From Candidatus Scybalosoma faecavium (GTDB taxonomy: Bacteria; Bacillota; Clostridia; Christensenellales; Christensenellaceae): a stretch of DNA of 64,000 nt. Below the pieces are notes generated by a model. That model was not told the origin of the DNA, searched no databases, and was given only the letters and a program-made list of their open reading frames with translations. Numbering within the stretch: the first letter of the stretch is position 1; every line of letters begins with the position of its first letter. Of the stretch, positions 28,624 through 39,390 are shown one piece after another. Made by a program: the position numbers and the translations under genes. The DNA is taken from positions 37,525-101,524 of the forward strand of contig DVKG01000009.1 in NCBI GenBank assembly GCA_018716135.1, given 5' to 3'.

Positions 28624-29886
28624 TTATTTAAGAAATCCTTTGTAATGGCGCATCATCATCTGCGATTCAATCTGTCTGATTGTTTCAAGCGCAACGCTTA
28701 CTATAATCAACAAACTCGTCGCACCGAAAGCGCTCGCCACGCCTGTCGCACTGGAGAACACCGTCGGCACAGCTGCTACTATAGCAAGGAAAATCGCACC
28801 GAAAAATGTTATCTTAGAGAGAATCTTTGAGAGATACTCGCTTGTCGGGCGTCCCGGGCGAATGCCGGGGATAAATCCGCCGTACTGCTGCATGTTATTC
28901 GCAACATCAATCGGATTGAAGCTTATCTGCGAATAGAAATACGAGAAGAACAGTATCAGCAGGAAATAAACCACCATATATATCAGCGAGCCTGCTGCGA
29001 GCCATTTAGTGTACCAGTTGAAAAACGCGCTGTCCGGCCAGAAAATCTGGCATAGCATATACGGGAACTGAATGAACGTAATCGCGAAAATCAGCGGCAT
29101 AACACCGGAAGCGTTGACTTTCATAGGGATATACGTCGATTGTCCGCCGTACTGCTTGCGTCCTACCACGCGCTTAGCGTACTGCACCGGGATTCTGCGT
29201 TCGCCCATATCCATGTATGTTATCAGCGTAATAATAGCCAGCGCAATAACAATCAGGATTACGGGTACATACCAAGCCGTCGTGCCCAGAGCAACATTCT
29301 GACCTATCGTCCATATGTAGCCCGGGAAGGAGCTGAGTATGTTTATAAAGATGATAAGGGATATACCGTTTCCGATTCCCTTCTCGTTTACTCTTTCCCC
29401 CATCCACATAACAAGGCAGGAGCCTGCCGTAAGCGTCAGGACTACTACCAAGTAAGAGAAGAAGTCTGCCGAGATCATAGCCGAGCTGCCCATCGAAAGC
29501 ATTATGCCGGCGGACTGAATTACCGCCAAAATCAGCGTTACAATGCGCGTGATCTTTGTGATCTTTCTTCTGCCGTCGTCGCCCTCTTTTGTCATTCTCT
29601 CGAGAGCGGGGATAGCCACGCAGAGCAAATTCATTATAATGGATGCGTTGATATACGGCATTACGCCGAGAGCGAACAGCGTCATGTTGGAGAGGCTGCC
29701 GCCCGAAAACAGGTCAAGGAACGACAGCGCGGAATATTCGCCCACCATTTCCTGGATATATGATACATTAACACCCGGCACCGGAACGAAGCATCCCAGT
29801 CTGTATATGAACAGTATCAGCAGAGTGAACAGTATCTTTTTTCTTAATTCTTCGATTTTCCAGGCATTCCCTAAGACCTTGAACAT
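28624..29886 (-). CDS. secY: Preprotein translocase subunit SecY
   Basis: 420 aa, 10-TM SecY sequence. Confidence 0.97.
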   Translation of the reverse strand: MFKVLGNAWKIEELRKKILFTLLILFIYRLGCFVPVPGVNVSYIQEMVGEYSALSFLDLFSGGSLSNMTLFALGVMPYINASIIMNLLCVAIPALERMTKEGDDGRRKITKITRIVTLILAVIQSAGIMLSMGSSAMISADFFSYLVVVLTLTAGSCLVMWMGERVNEKGIGNGISLIIFINILSSFPGYIWTIGQNVALGTTAWYVPVILIVIALAIITLITYMDMGERRIPVQYAKRVVGRKQYGGQSTYIPMKVNASGVMPLIFAITFIQFPYMLCQIFWPDSAFFNWYTKWLAAGSLIYMVVYFLLILFFSYFYSQISFNPIDVANNMQQYGGFIPGIRPGRPTSEYLSKILSKITFFGAIFLAIVAAVPTVFSSATGVASAFGATSLLIIVSVALETIRQIESQMMMRHYKGFLK

Positions 29887-30329
29887 TAGCCAATCACCTC
29901 AACACTGCCGCCGGCAGCTTCTATCTTCTGCTGCGCTGTCTTAGTGAATTTGACCGCCTTGACGCTGAGCTTCTTTGTCAGCTCGCCATCGCCCAAAACC
30001 TTCAGACCATCGCCGATTTTCTTTACGAAACCGACTTCTTTCAGGAACTGTGCTGTAATCTCTGTGCCGTCTTCGAAGCACTCCAGATCAGCTACATTGA
30101 TTGTAGCATATGTCTTTGCAAATATATTTGTGAAGCCTCTCTTGGGGATTCTTCTTGTGAGCGGCATCTGACCGCCTTCGAATCCGGGGCGTACGCCGCC
30201 GCCGCTTCTTGCCTTCTGACCCTTCTGACCGCGAGCAGAAGTCTTGCCTATGCCGGAGCCTGTGCCTCTGCCGACTCTCTTCTCAGAGTGTCTCGCGCCT
30301 TCAGCGGGTTTGAGTTCATGAAGTTTCAT
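29886..30329 (-). CDS. rplO: 50S ribosomal protein L15
   Basis: 147 aa, [12 protein letters not shown]... Confidence 0.97.
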   Translation of the reverse strand: MKLHELKPAEGARHSEKRVGRGTGSGIGKTSARGQKGQKARSGGGVRPGFEGGQMPLTRRIPKRGFTNIFAKTYATINVADLECFEDGTEITAQFLKEVGFVKKIGDGLKVLGDGELTKKLSVKAVKFTKTAQQKIEAAGGSVEVIG

Positions 30330-30342
30330 GTCTAAGCCCTCC

Positions 30343-30522
30343 TTATATTTCTTCGACAGAAAGAAGATGCTTTACTTTGAAAATCTGACCTCTGATGGGG
30401 CCGTTGTCTTCTTTAATAACTGTCTGATGGAGCTTGCGCAGGCCGAGTGCTTTAACTGTATCCTTCTGGTCCTGCTTGCAGCCTATAGGGCTTTTTACGA
30501 GTGTTACTTTTAACTGTGCCAT
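30343..30522 (-). CDS. rpmD: 50S ribosomal protein L30
   Basis: Not in the ORF track (59 aa). My translation is [59 protein letters not shown]. Confidence 0.93.
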   Translation of the reverse strand: MAQLKVTLVKSPIGCKQDQKDTVKALGLRKLHQTVIKEDNGPIRGQIFKVKHLLSVEEI

Positions 30523-30528
30523 AGCCCT

Positions 30529-31029
30529 TTACCTCCCTAAGTGCTCTACAGGTACACCGCGAAGCTTAGCTACCTGCTCAGCTGTACGCAGCTCAGCGAG
30601 ACCGGCGATAGTAGCCTTAACGCAGTTGATCGGGTTGTTAGAGCCCTGAGATTTAGCTCTGATATCCTTAATACCTGCCAGCTCGAGTACCGCACGTGCG
30701 TGACCGCCCGCGAGTACGCCGGTACCTTCTTTAGCGGGCATCATGTGAATTCTGCCGCGGCTGAAAGCGCCGATAACTTCATGCGGGATCGTTGTACCGT
30801 CGAAGGGCACCTCGATCATGCTTCTCTTAGCTGCATCCTCTGCCTTGCGAATCGCCTCGGGGATTTCCGCCGCTTTGCCCATGCCGCATCCGACATGGCC
30901 GTTTTCATCGCCAACTACTACGAGGGCGCTGAAGCGCATGTTTCTGCCGCCTTTTACGGTCTTAGCTACGCGGTTGACGGATACGAGCTTAGTCTTGAGA
31001 TCTAATGTGCTTGCATCTATGCGTTGCAT
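30529..31029 (-). CDS. rpsE: 30S ribosomal protein S5
   Basis: 166 aa, uS5 sequence. Confidence 0.97.
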   Translation of the reverse strand: MQRIDASTLDLKTKLVSVNRVAKTVKGGRNMRFSALVVVGDENGHVGCGMGKAAEIPEAIRKAEDAAKRSMIEVPFDGTTIPHEVIGAFSRGRIHMMPAKEGTGVLAGGHARAVLELAGIKDIRAKSQGSNNPINCVKATIAGLAELRTAEQVAKLRGVPVEHLGR

Positions 31030-31044
31030 TTTTTCGTCCTCCTC

Positions 31045-31413
31045 TTACAGCGTGAGGCCGGCTTCTCTAGCGCCGTCCGCCACGTTAGCGACTCTGCCTG
31101 TGTAAAGGTATCCGCCGCGGTCAAATACTACTTCCTTGATACCGGCAGCGATAGCTCTCTTCGCTGCTGTCTCCCCGACGAGCTTCGCAGCCTGCTCTTT
31201 TGTCATATCCGCGATTTGAGGAGCGATCTCTTTATCGAGAGTGGAGCAGGAGCAAATTGTGTGACCCTTCACGTCGTCTATAACCTGAACATAAATGTTC
31301 GCGTTGCTTCTGTATACATTCATTCTCGGGCGCTCAGCCGTTCCGCTGATTTTATTGCGAATGCGCTGGTGACGTCCTTTGCGAATAGCATTCTTATCTA
31401 TTTTCTTAATCAT
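31045..31413 (-). CDS. rplR: 50S ribosomal protein L18
   Basis: 122 aa, uL18 sequence. Confidence 0.97.
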   Translation of the reverse strand: MIKKIDKNAIRKGRHQRIRNKISGTAERPRMNVYRSNANIYVQVIDDVKGHTICSCSTLDKEIAPQIADMTKEQAAKLVGETAAKRAIAAGIKEVVFDRGGYLYTGRVANVADGAREAGLTL

Positions 31414-31432
31414 ATTCTAAAAGAACCTCCCA

Positions 31433-31972
31433 TTACATTCCGGACTTGCCTTCTTTGCGGCGTACATACTCGCCCTTATAGCGAATACCCTTGCCTTTAT
31501 AAGGCTCCGGCGGACGCAGCTCGCGGATGTTAGCCGCAACCTGCCCTACAAGCTGCTTGTCAATGCCCTTGACGATGATGCTGTTGTTGTTGGGCACTTC
31601 GAACGTGATACCTGCGGGCTGCTCTACCTCTACGGGGTGAGAGAAACCGAGGTTAAGCGTGAGCTTCTTTCCGGAGAGCGCAGCTCTGTAACCTACACCG
31701 ATGATTTCCAGTTCTTTTGCGAACTCGGCGTGTACGCCCTGAACCATGTTGTTGATGAGAGCGCGTGTAAGCCCATGGAGCGCTCTGTGCTTTTTGTCGT
31801 CCGAAGGACGCGTGACTGTGATAACGCCAGCGTCTATTTTAATTTCCATGTCGCCGCTGAACTGTTGGGTGAGCTCGCCCTTCGGTCCCTTGACCTTAAG
31901 TACGTTGCCGTCCGAAAGCTCGGCCGTAACGCCTGCAGGCAGCGTGACAGGAAGTTTTCCTATTCTTGACAT
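31433..31972 (-). CDS. rplF: 50S ribosomal protein L6
   Basis: 179 aa, MSRIGKLPV... Confidence 0.97.
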   Translation of the reverse strand: MSRIGKLPVTLPAGVTAELSDGNVLKVKGPKGELTQQFSGDMEIKIDAGVITVTRPSDDKKHRALHGLTRALINNMVQGVHAEFAKELEIIGVGYRAALSGKKLTLNLGFSHPVEVEQPAGITFEVPNNNSIIVKGIDKQLVGQVAANIRELRPPEPYKGKGIRYKGEYVRRKEGKSGM

Positions 31973-32009
31973 TTTTACGTTGCACCTTTCGTTTATGCTT
32001 GTTTATTTA

Positions 32010-32408
32010 TTACCAGATATATGCAATTACTTCGCCGCCGACGCCAGCGTTTCTGGCTTCTTTATCAGTGACGATACCCTTGGACGTGGAGATTATCGCG
32101 ATACCAAGGCCGTTGAGAACCTTCGGGATCTGATCCTTGCGCGCATAAACTCTCAGACCGGGCTTGCTTATTTTCTTCAGACCGTTAATGACGTTTTCAC
32201 CATTAGCGCCGTATTTCAGTCTAATTTTGAGCGTCCCCTGGACGCCATCCTCTACAACCTCGCAGCCTTTGATAAAGCCCTCTTTGAGCATTGTCTTTGC
32301 GATAGCAAGCTTCATTTTGGAAGCAGGCATCTGAACGACTTCACTCTTGTTTACGAGCGCGTTTCTGATGCGAGTCAGCATATCTGCTACAGGATCCGTA
32401 ACCGGCAT
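32010..32408 (-). CDS. rpsH: 30S ribosomal protein S8
   Basis: 132 aa, [17 protein letters not shown]... Confidence 0.97.
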   Translation of the reverse strand: MPVTDPVADMLTRIRNALVNKSEVVQMPASKMKLAIAKTMLKEGFIKGCEVVEDGVQGTLKIRLKYGANGENVINGLKKISKPGLRVYARKDQIPKVLNGLGIAIISTSKGIVTDKEARNAGVGGEVIAYIW

Positions 32409-32441
32409 GTTTGTTCCTCCTTCTTAATATGTGCCTAAAGT

Positions 32442-32627
32442 TTACCAGCTAGATTTCTTTACGCCCGGGATCTGACCGCGGTACGCAAGTTCTCTAAAGC
32501 AGATACGGCAAATGCCGTATTTTCTAAGCACAGAATGGGGTCTGCCGCAGATACGGCATCTTGTGTAATTTCTCGTAGAGAACTTAGACCCTTTTTGCTG
32601 CTTTAAAACCATTGCTTTTTTAGCCAT
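32442..32627 (-). CDS. rpsZ: 30S ribosomal protein S14 type Z (zinc-binding, 61 aa)
   Basis: [23 protein letters not shown] gives CxxC..CxxC. Confidence 0.96.
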   Translation of the reverse strand: MAKKAMVLKQQKGSKFSTRNYTRCRICGRPHSVLRKYGICRICFRELAYRGQIPGVKKSSW

Positions 32628-32638
32628 TTATGTTATCC

Positions 32639-33178
32639 TCACTTTTTAAAGGGCATACCCATCAGCCCGAGCATTTCTCTCGCTTCTTCGTCTGTCTTCG
32701 CAGTTGTTACGATTATGATATCCATACCGCGAATCTTTTCCACCTTATCGTACTCGATTTCGGGGAAAACGAGCTGCTCTTTAAAGCCCATTGCGTAGTT
32801 GCCTCTGCCGTCGAAAGACGTAGCGGACAGACCACGGAAGTCACGCACGCGCGGGATTGTGATGGAGATCAGCTTATCCATGAACTCGTACATGCGGTCG
32901 CTGCGCAGAGTTACCTTTGCACCCACCTTCATGCCTTCTCTGAGCTTGAAGTTAGCGACGGACTTCTTTGCCACTGTTACGATGGGCTTCTGACCGGAGA
33001 TGATAGACAGCTCGTTGAGAGCGCTGTCCAGCAGCTTCGGGTTGTCTTTAATATCGCCCATACCCATGTTGATAACTATCTTATCGAGCTTCGGCACCTG
33101 CATTACGTTCTTATATCCGAACTTGTTCATCATAGCGGGTACGATCTCTTGATTGTATGTATCTCTAAGTCTTGCCAT
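32639..33178 (-). CDS. rplE: 50S ribosomal protein L5
   Basis: Start moved to ATG 33178 ([14 protein letters not shown]). Confidence 0.96.
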   Translation of the reverse strand: MARLRDTYNQEIVPAMMNKFGYKNVMQVPKLDKIVINMGMGDIKDNPKLLDSALNELSIISGQKPIVTVAKKSVANFKLREGMKVGAKVTLRSDRMYEFMDKLISITIPRVRDFRGLSATSFDGRGNYAMGFKEQLVFPEIEYDKVEKIRGMDIIIVTTAKTDEEAREMLGLMGMPFKK

Positions 33179-33192
33179 GATCTTACCCTCCA

Positions 33193-33516
33193 TTAGTTCT
33201 CAATAGCTTCGCCGCACTTCTTGCAGACGCGAACCTTTGTGCCGTTATCGAGAATTTTTCTCGCCGCTCTTGTAGCTTTGCCGCATTTGGGGCAGACGAG
33301 CATCACGTTGGAAGCGTCGATAGCAGCTTCCACCTTCTGGATGCCGCCGGGGTCCATCTGACCTCTGGGCTTCTGATGCTTTGTCACTACGTTTACGCCT
33401 TCTACGACTACTTTGCCGTTCTTAGGCATAGCTGTGACGACCTTACCCTCTTTACCCTTTTCTTTTCCTGTGATGACAACTACTTTGTCATCCTTCTTTA
33501 TATGTAGTCCTGCCAT
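33193..33516 (-). CDS. rplX: 50S ribosomal protein L24 (variant with a CxxC..CxxC C-terminal region)
   Basis: 107 aa with a KOW N-terminus. The C-terminus reads ..[34 protein letters not shown]. Confidence 0.95.
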   Translation of the reverse strand: MAGLHIKKDDKVVVITGKEKGKEGKVVTAMPKNGKVVVEGVNVVTKHQKPRGQMDPGGIQKVEAAIDASNVMLVCPKCGKATRAARKILDNGTKVRVCKKCGEAIEN

Positions 33517-33531
33517 AGTCAGCTCTCCTTC

Positions 33532-33900
33532 CTACAGCACTTCGGGAGCGAGAGAGATGATCTTCATGTAATCTCTGTCTCTGATCTCTCTGGCTACCGG
33601 CCCGAAAATACGGGTGCCTCTGGGCTGCTTATTATTATCTATGATTACTGCTGCGTTCTCGTCGAACTTTATGTAGGAACCGTCGGGACGTCTTACGCCT
33701 GTCACCGTGCGGACTATAACAGCTTTAACAACATCTTTTTTCTTAACAACGCCGCCGGGGGTGGCAGTCTTAACGGAAGCGACGATAACGTCTCCAATTC
33801 CCGCGCTCCTCTTCATCGAGCCGCCCAGCACTTTGATGCACTGTATGACCTTTGCCCCGGAGTTATCAGCTACCTTCAGGCGTGTTTCTGGCTGAATCAT
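33532..33900 (-). CDS. rplN: 50S ribosomal protein L14
   Basis: 122 aa, [17 protein letters not shown]... Confidence 0.97.
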   Translation of the reverse strand: MIQPETRLKVADNSGAKVIQCIKVLGGSMKRSAGIGDVIVASVKTATPGGVVKKKDVVKAVIVRTVTGVRRPDGSYIKFDENAAVIIDNNKQPRGTRIFGPVAREIRDRDYMKIISLAPEVL

Positions 33901-33921
33901 ATTGCTGCCTCCTTATATAGG

Positions 33922-34176
33922 TTATTTAGCTTTCTCGACAATTTCGACCAGTCTCCACCTCTTGTCCTTGCTAAGGGGACGAGTCTCCATTATTCTTACG
34001 ATATCGCCTACGCCGCATTCATTGTTCTCATCGTGAACTTTGAACTTAGTCGTGACGTTTACTGTCTTGTTGTACAGACCGTGCTTCTCTTTTGTCTTTG
34101 TCGCGACGACGATGGTTTTATCCATCTTGTCGGAAACGACTACGCCCTGCTTGGTCTTTCTCAGATTTCTTTCCAA
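33922..34176 (-). CDS. rpsQ: 30S ribosomal protein S17
   Basis: 84 aa, uS17 sequence. Confidence 0.96.
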   Translation of the reverse strand: MERNLRKTKQGVVVSDKMDKTIVVATKTKEKHGLYNKTVNVTTKFKVHDENNECGVGDIVRIMETRPLSKDKRWRLVEIVEKAK

Positions 34177-34188
34177 AGTAGTGCCTCC

Positions 34189-34389
34189 TTACTTTGCCGC
34201 CGCGTGCTCGCGCTCGCAGATTATCGTCTTAACTCTGGCGATATCCTTCTTGATTTCAGTAATCGCCTTGGGATTTGCGAGCTGGCCTGTAGCCTTCTGG
34301 AAACGCAGGTTAAAGAATTCTACCTTCAGGTCTTCCAGCTTCTGTGTCAGCTCTACGTCATTCAGCTCATGCAGTGTCTTTGCCTTCAA
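34189..34389 (-). CDS. rpmC: 50S ribosomal protein L29
   Basis: 66 aa, uL29 sequence. Confidence 0.95.
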   Translation of the reverse strand: MKAKTLHELNDVELTQKLEDLKVEFFNLRFQKATGQLANPKAITEIKKDIARVKTIICEREHAAAK

Positions 34390-34826
34390 GCCTGCTCACC
34401 ACCTTCTGTCATATTAGCGTCCTCGCGCTTTACGAATTTGCAATGTACGGGGAGCTTCATCGCGCCCAGGCGGAGAGCCTCACGCGCTACTTCCTCGGAT
34501 ACGCCGGAGATTTCGAAAAGAACTCTGCCCGGCTTTACGACTGCTACCCAGAACTCCGGAGCGCCTTTACCGCTGCCCATTCGAGTTTCAGCCGGTTTCT
34601 TTGTTACGGGCTTGTGGGGGAATATCTTAATCCAAACCTTACCGCCTCTTTTAATGTAACGAGTCATAGCTACACGGGCAGCCTCTATCTGGTTGGATTT
34701 AATCCAGCCCGGCTCTGTTGTCATTATGCCGTAATCACCATACGCTACGAAGTTGCCGCGCATAGCTTTGCCTTTCATGCGGCCGCGGTGTACGCGTCTG
34801 CGCTTAACTCTTTTTGGCATTAACAT
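34386..34826 (-). CDS. rplP: 50S ribosomal protein L16
   Basis: 146 aa, [15 protein letters not shown]... Overlaps the rpsC 3' end by 23 nt. Confidence 0.96.
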   Translation of the reverse strand: MLMPKRVKRRRVHRGRMKGKAMRGNFVAYGDYGIMTTEPGWIKSNQIEAARVAMTRYIKRGGKVWIKIFPHKPVTKKPAETRMGSGKGAPEFWVAVVKPGRVLFEISGVSEEVAREALRLGAMKLPVHCKFVKREDANMTEGGEQA

Positions 34827-35523
34827 GGCGTCTTCCTCCTTCTCTCCTGTTATCTCTGGGCTCGTATGCGCCCTTAGCCTTTTCCTTTAGAGGGTTGCCG
34901 AGAACCTCGCCTTTGTAAGTCCATACTTTTACGCCGATTCTGCCGTAAGTTGTATGAGCCTCAGCGAAGCCATAGTCGATATCCGCGCGGAGCGTCTGCA
35001 GCGGGATAGAACCCTCATGGTACTGCTCTGTGCGCGCGATCTCTGCGCCGCCGAGTCTGCCGGACGTCATGATCTTGATGCCCTTGAGACCCGCCTTCAT
35101 GGAGCGGCCGATAGACTGCTTCATAGCGCGGCGGAAGGAAATACGTCTTTCCAGCTGAGCCGCTACATTCTCAGCGATGAGCTGTGCATCAGTATCGGGA
35201 CGGCGAACTTCCATGATGTTTACTACTACATTCTTGCCCGTGAGCTTGAGCAGATCAGCCTTCAGCTCGTCGATGCCTGTGCCGCCCTTGCCGATTACGA
35301 TACCCGGCTTAGCTGTATAAATGCCGATAGAAATCTTGTTAGCTGCGCGCTCAATCTCAATCTTGGAGATGCCTGCTGCGTACAGTTTCTTTTTTACAAA
35401 CTTTCTGATCTTATCGTCTTCTACAAGATAATCAGAAAACTTATTGCTTTTCGCCACCCAACGAGAGTCCCAATCTTTGATTACGCCAACTCTGAATCCG
35501 TGGGGATTTACTTTTTGACCCAT
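34804..35523 (-). CDS. rpsC: 30S ribosomal protein S3
   Basis: 239 aa, [13 protein letters not shown]... Confidence 0.97.
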   Translation of the reverse strand: MGQKVNPHGFRVGVIKDWDSRWVAKSNKFSDYLVEDDKIRKFVKKKLYAAGISKIEIERAANKISIGIYTAKPGIVIGKGGTGIDELKADLLKLTGKNVVVNIMEVRRPDTDAQLIAENVAAQLERRISFRRAMKQSIGRSMKAGLKGIKIMTSGRLGGAEIARTEQYHEGSIPLQTLRADIDYGFAEAHTTYGRIGVKVWTYKGEVLGNPLKEKAKGAYEPRDNRREGGRRHVNAKKS

Positions 35524-35534
35524 TATGCTCCTCC

Positions 35535-35921
35535 TTATTCAAGCTCGCCCAAAATAATTGTGATGTGGCTCGTTCTCTTGCGAATGCGCGTTGCTCTGCC
35601 CTGTGCTCTGGGGCGGTATCTTCTGTAAGTCGGACCCTGGTCCGCGTAGCATTCCGCCACGAACAACGTATCGCTGTTCTTTTCGAGATTGTTCTCAGCG
35701 TTTGCAATTGCGCTGTTCAGAACCTTGAGCACTACCTCACTCGCTGCTTTGGGAGTGTGCATAAGTATAGCCTTTGCCTCGGCGACGTTCTTGCCGCGGA
35801 TGAGGTCGAGTACTATACCGACTTTGCTGGAGGAGATACGGACGTATCTGGCTACCGCTCTCGGTCTCTTATCTTTTTCTTCACGTCTCTTGAGCGCTTT
35901 TTCTCTCTGCCGTGTTGCCAT
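35535..35921 (-). CDS. rplV: 50S ribosomal protein L22 (with a basic N-terminal extension)
   Basis: 128 aa, uL22 core. Confidence 0.95.
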   Translation of the reverse strand: MATRQREKALKRREEKDKRPRAVARYVRISSSKVGIVLDLIRGKNVAEAKAILMHTPKAASEVVLKVLNSAIANAENNLEKNSDTLFVAECYADQGPTYRRYRPRAQGRATRIRKRTSHITIILGELE

Positions 35922-35938
35922 TTACCTTTATCCTCCTG

Positions 35939-36211
35939 CTATCTGGACGACTTGTCGCCTGCGTGACCGCGGAACGTGCGAGTCGGTGCGAATTCGCCCA
36001 GCTTGTGACCTACCATGTCCTCTGTTACATATACGGGCACGAACTTTCTGCCGTCGTGTACTGCGATGGTGTGCGCTACCATATCCGGGAAGATAGTAGA
36101 AGCGCGAGACCATGTTTTGAGGACCTTCTTCTCGTTATTTTCGTTCATCTGCTGGATTCTCGCCAGCAGCTTCGTATCTACGAAAGGGCCTTTTTTTACA
36201 GACCTACTCAT
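35939..36211 (-). CDS. rpsS: 30S ribosomal protein S19
   Basis: 90 aa, [12 protein letters not shown]... Confidence 0.97.
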   Translation of the reverse strand: MSRSVKKGPFVDTKLLARIQQMNENNEKKVLKTWSRASTIFPDMVAHTIAVHDGRKFVPVYVTEDMVGHKLGEFAPTRTFRGHAGDKSSR

Positions 36212-36244
36212 ATGCTAATTGCTCCTTCCTATTAAGCGCTTCGC

Positions 36245-37078
36245 TTATTTAGCGCTTCTGCGCTTGACGATAAACTTGGACGTCGGATTCTTTGTCTTTC
36301 TCGTCTTGTAACCCAGAGCAGGCTTACCCCAGGGAGTAACAGGGCCGGGACGGCCAACGGGAGACTTACCTTCACCACCGCCGTGGGGGTGATCGCAGGG
36401 GTTCATGACGGAACCGCGAACTGTCGGACGAACGCCCATGTGGCGCTTTCTGCCTGCTTTACCGAGGTTTATGTTCTCATAGTCAAGGTTGCCTACCTGA
36501 CCGATGGTCGCCTTCGCCTCTACGGGGATCATGCGAACCTCTGTGGAGGGCAGTCTTACCTGAGCGTAAGCGCCTTCCTTAGCCATCAGCTGAGCTGCGT
36601 TGCCTGCGCTGCGAACGAGCTGCGCGCCTTTGCCGGGCTTAATCTCGATGCAGTGTATCATTGTACCTACAGGTATATTCTTTATCTTCAAGCAGTTGCC
36701 GGGCTTGATGTCTGCGTTTTCGCCGGATACGATTGTGTCTCCAACCTTAATTCCCAGAGGAGCGATGATGTAGCGCTTTTCGCCGTCTGCATAATTGAGC
36801 AGTGCGATGTTTGCGCTGCGGTTGGGATCGTATTCGATAGTAGCAACCTTAGCGGGAACGCCGTCTTTATTGCGCTTGAAGTCGATGATTCTGTACTTGC
36901 GCTTTGCGCCGCCGCCGATGTGACGGACTGTTATGCGACCGTGTACGTTTCTGCCGCCCGATTTCTTGAGCGGAGCGAGCAGCGACTTCTCAGGAGTTGT
37001 AGTTGTGATTTCCTCAAAAGCGGATACGGACATGAAACGTCTGCCCGGAGAAGTCGGATTATACTTTTTAATAGCCAT
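36245..37078 (-). CDS. rplB: 50S ribosomal protein L2
   Basis: 277 aa, [14 protein letters not shown]... Confidence 0.97.
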   Translation of the reverse strand: MAIKKYNPTSPGRRFMSVSAFEEITTTTPEKSLLAPLKKSGGRNVHGRITVRHIGGGAKRKYRIIDFKRNKDGVPAKVATIEYDPNRSANIALLNYADGEKRYIIAPLGIKVGDTIVSGENADIKPGNCLKIKNIPVGTMIHCIEIKPGKGAQLVRSAGNAAQLMAKEGAYAQVRLPSTEVRMIPVEAKATIGQVGNLDYENINLGKAGRKRHMGVRPTVRGSVMNPCDHPHGGGEGKSPVGRPGPVTPWGKPALGYKTRKTKNPTSKFIVKRRSAK

Positions 37079-37091
37079 TATTAGTTTCCTC

Positions 37092-37388
37092 CTACTGTAC
37101 CATACCCTCGAAGAACTCGATTCCCTTGGAGTCCTCTTTGAGCGTTACGTACGCCTTCTTTACCTCGGGCGTTTTGCCGACGTAGCGACCCTGACGCTTC
37201 CACTTGCCCTGAGTGCGAACTGTATTCACACTGGCAACCTTAACGTCGAATATCTCTTCGATTGCCTGTTTTATCTGCGTCTTGTGCGCGTTTACATCCA
37301 CCTCAAAGGTATATCTCTTGCCCGCGATATGATCGTAGCTCTTCTCTGTGAGGATGGGTCTCTTTATAATATCATGTTTGAATTTCAT
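37092..37388 (-). CDS. rplW: 50S ribosomal protein L23
   Basis: 98 aa, uL23 sequence. Confidence 0.95.
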   Translation of the reverse strand: MKFKHDIIKRPILTEKSYDHIAGKRYTFEVDVNAHKTQIKQAIEEIFDVKVASVNTVRTQGKWKRQGRYVGKTPEVKKAYVTLKEDSKGIEFFEGMVQ

Positions 37389-38011
37389 TATGCGTAAACC
37401 TCCTCGAGTCTCTTCGCAGCATCCTGTGTGATAACGAGTTTGTCAGCGTTTACGATGTCGTATACGTTGAGCTCGCCGGTCGTCGCCGCCTTTACGCCGG
37501 GCAGATTGCCGGATGCACGCACGACCGCCTCATCTTTATCACTCGTAATGATGAGCGCCTTCTTCGTTGCGCCGATGTTCTTGAGCACGCCGACCATTTC
37601 CTTTGTCTTGGGCTGTGCAAGAACAAGCGCATCAAGAACGATCATATCCTCCGCCGCTACCTTGCCTGAAAGCGCGGAGAGCATTGCCAGCTTTTTGACC
37701 TTCTTGTTTACTTTTTTGTAATATGTTCTCGGCTTGGGGGCAAACACTACGCCGCCGCCTGTCCACTGCGGAGAGCGGATGGAGCCGTGGCGTGCGCGGC
37801 CTGTGCCCTTCTGTCTCCAGGGTTTAATGCCGCCGCCTCTCACTTCGCTTCTGGTGAGAGTGCATTGCGTGCCCTGTCTTTTAGCAGCGAGGTGCGCTAC
37901 TACTACCTCATGGATAGCCGTTTCGTTTACCTCTACGCCGAATACGTCATCGCTCAGGACGATTTCGCCGGCTGCGCTGCCGTCTGTCTTTAGCATTGTA
38001 ATCTTAGGCAT
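37388..38011 (-). CDS. rplD: 50S ribosomal protein L4
   Basis: 207 aa, uL4 sequence. Confidence 0.96.
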   Translation of the reverse strand: MPKITMLKTDGSAAGEIVLSDDVFGVEVNETAIHEVVVAHLAAKRQGTQCTLTRSEVRGGGIKPWRQKGTGRARHGSIRSPQWTGGGVVFAPKPRTYYKKVNKKVKKLAMLSALSGKVAAEDMIVLDALVLAQPKTKEMVGVLKNIGATKKALIITSDKDEAVVRASGNLPGVKAATTGELNVYDIVNADKLVITQDAAKRLEEVYA

Positions 38012-38039
38012 GTCTAGCTTCCTCCTTTCAAAAGCGATT

Positions 38040-38669
38040 TTAAGCCTTTACGCTTTTCTTTATTGTGACGAGCTGACCGTTAGCGCCGGGGATAGCGCCC
38101 TTGATGAGCAGCATGTCCTTTTCTGCATTAACCATGACAACTTCAAGGTTTTGAATTGTTACGCGTTCCACACCTGTGTGGCCGGGGAGCTTCTTACCCT
38201 TGAAAACCTTGCCGGGATAAGAGCAAGCGCCCATAGAACCGGGACGGCGATGATATCTGGAGCCGTGCGTCATGGGGCCTCTGTGCTGACCATGGCGTGC
38301 GATAACGCCCTTGAAGCCGCGGCCTTTGGAGATGCCTGTTGCGTCAACCTTGTCGCCCTCTGCGAAAACGTCGACTTTCAGCTCCTGGCCTACTTCGTAT
38401 TCAGCAACGTCATCCGTGCGGAATTCGCGGAGATAACGCATAGGCTCTACGCCCGCTTTCTTAAAGTGACCTGCCTTAGGCTTGTTTACGAGCTTAACAC
38501 GAATTTCACCGAAACCGAGCTGAAGCGCATTGTAACCTTCACCCTCTACCGTCTTCTTCTGAACTACTACGCAGGGGCCGGCTTTTACGACTGTAACGGG
38601 GAGCAGCGTACCGTCTTCTTTAAAGACCTGCGTCATTCCCACTTTTGTGCCTATAATTGCTTTTAGCAT
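38040..38669 (-). CDS. rplC: 50S ribosomal protein L3
   Basis: 209 aa, ..[10 protein letters not shown]... Confidence 0.97.
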   Translation of the reverse strand: MLKAIIGTKVGMTQVFKEDGTLLPVTVVKAGPCVVVQKKTVEGEGYNALQLGFGEIRVKLVNKPKAGHFKKAGVEPMRYLREFRTDDVAEYEVGQELKVDVFAEGDKVDATGISKGRGFKGVIARHGQHRGPMTHGSRYHRRPGSMGACSYPGKVFKGKKLPGHTGVERVTIQNLEVVMVNAEKDMLLIKGAIPGANGQLVTIKKSVKA

Positions 38670-38689
38670 GTTTACCCTCCTAACGCCCC

Positions 38690-38998
38690 TTAGAGCTTGA
38701 TTTCGATATCGACGCCTGCCGGGAGGTCGAGTCTCATCAGAGCATCTGTCGTCTTGGAGTTTGCCTCCAGTATGTCGATTAACCGCTTGTGCGTCTTAAT
38801 TTCGAACTGCTCGCGGGAATCCTTGTACTTGTGTGTCGCTCTCAGGATCGTAACGATTTCCTTCTGCGTAGGCAGCGGGATCGGACCGGAGATCTTCGCG
38901 CCTGTGCGTTTAGCCGTCTCTACAATCTTGGACGAGGACTGATCAATTAAGTTGTGGTCATAAGACTTTAGCTTAATTCTGATTCTTTGGCTTGCCAT
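38690..38998 (-). CDS. rpsJ: 30S ribosomal protein S10
   Basis: 102 aa, ..[15 protein letters not shown]... Confidence 0.97.
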   Translation of the reverse strand: MASQRIRIKLKSYDHNLIDQSSSKIVETAKRTGAKISGPIPLPTQKEIVTILRATHKYKDSREQFEIKTHKRLIDILEANSKTTDALMRLDLPAGVDIEIKL

Positions 38999-39215
38999 TA
39001 TTTATTGTTCCTCCTTCATAGCATCCTGTACACGCATCCGTGCGTGTCACATCATTTTTTTAGGCACGAATCATTCCGATTGTGCCGCATGGAGCGCTGA
39101 GATCTTTGCTCAGCTTGGTAGACAGAAGTTACCCGGCATGGCTACCGGCAATCTTCCGCGTCAACCCTCTCTCGCGCAGACATAGCACACCCGTCTATCG
39201 TCACGCGCGAAATTT

Positions 39216-39244
39216 ATTTTATCACATACAAACGCCGTTTGCAA
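39216..39244 (-). promoter_or_regulatory. Sigma-70 promoter of the S10 operon
   Basis: On the minus strand: TTGCAA (39244..39239), 17-nt spacer, TAAAAT (39221..39216). Predicts a ~210-nt leader. Confidence 0.6.
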
Positions 39245-39390
39245 CCCTTTTTTTAACCTTTTATACTAAAAATAACTCTAAGAGATAGCTTTCCATCCTT
39301 TTCCCCTTTCCTATTTTCTATTTTTGCTTTTTTATTTAAATAAAAAAGAAGTGCGCCGTGTGCGCACCTCCATCATTTTATTCTGATTTA

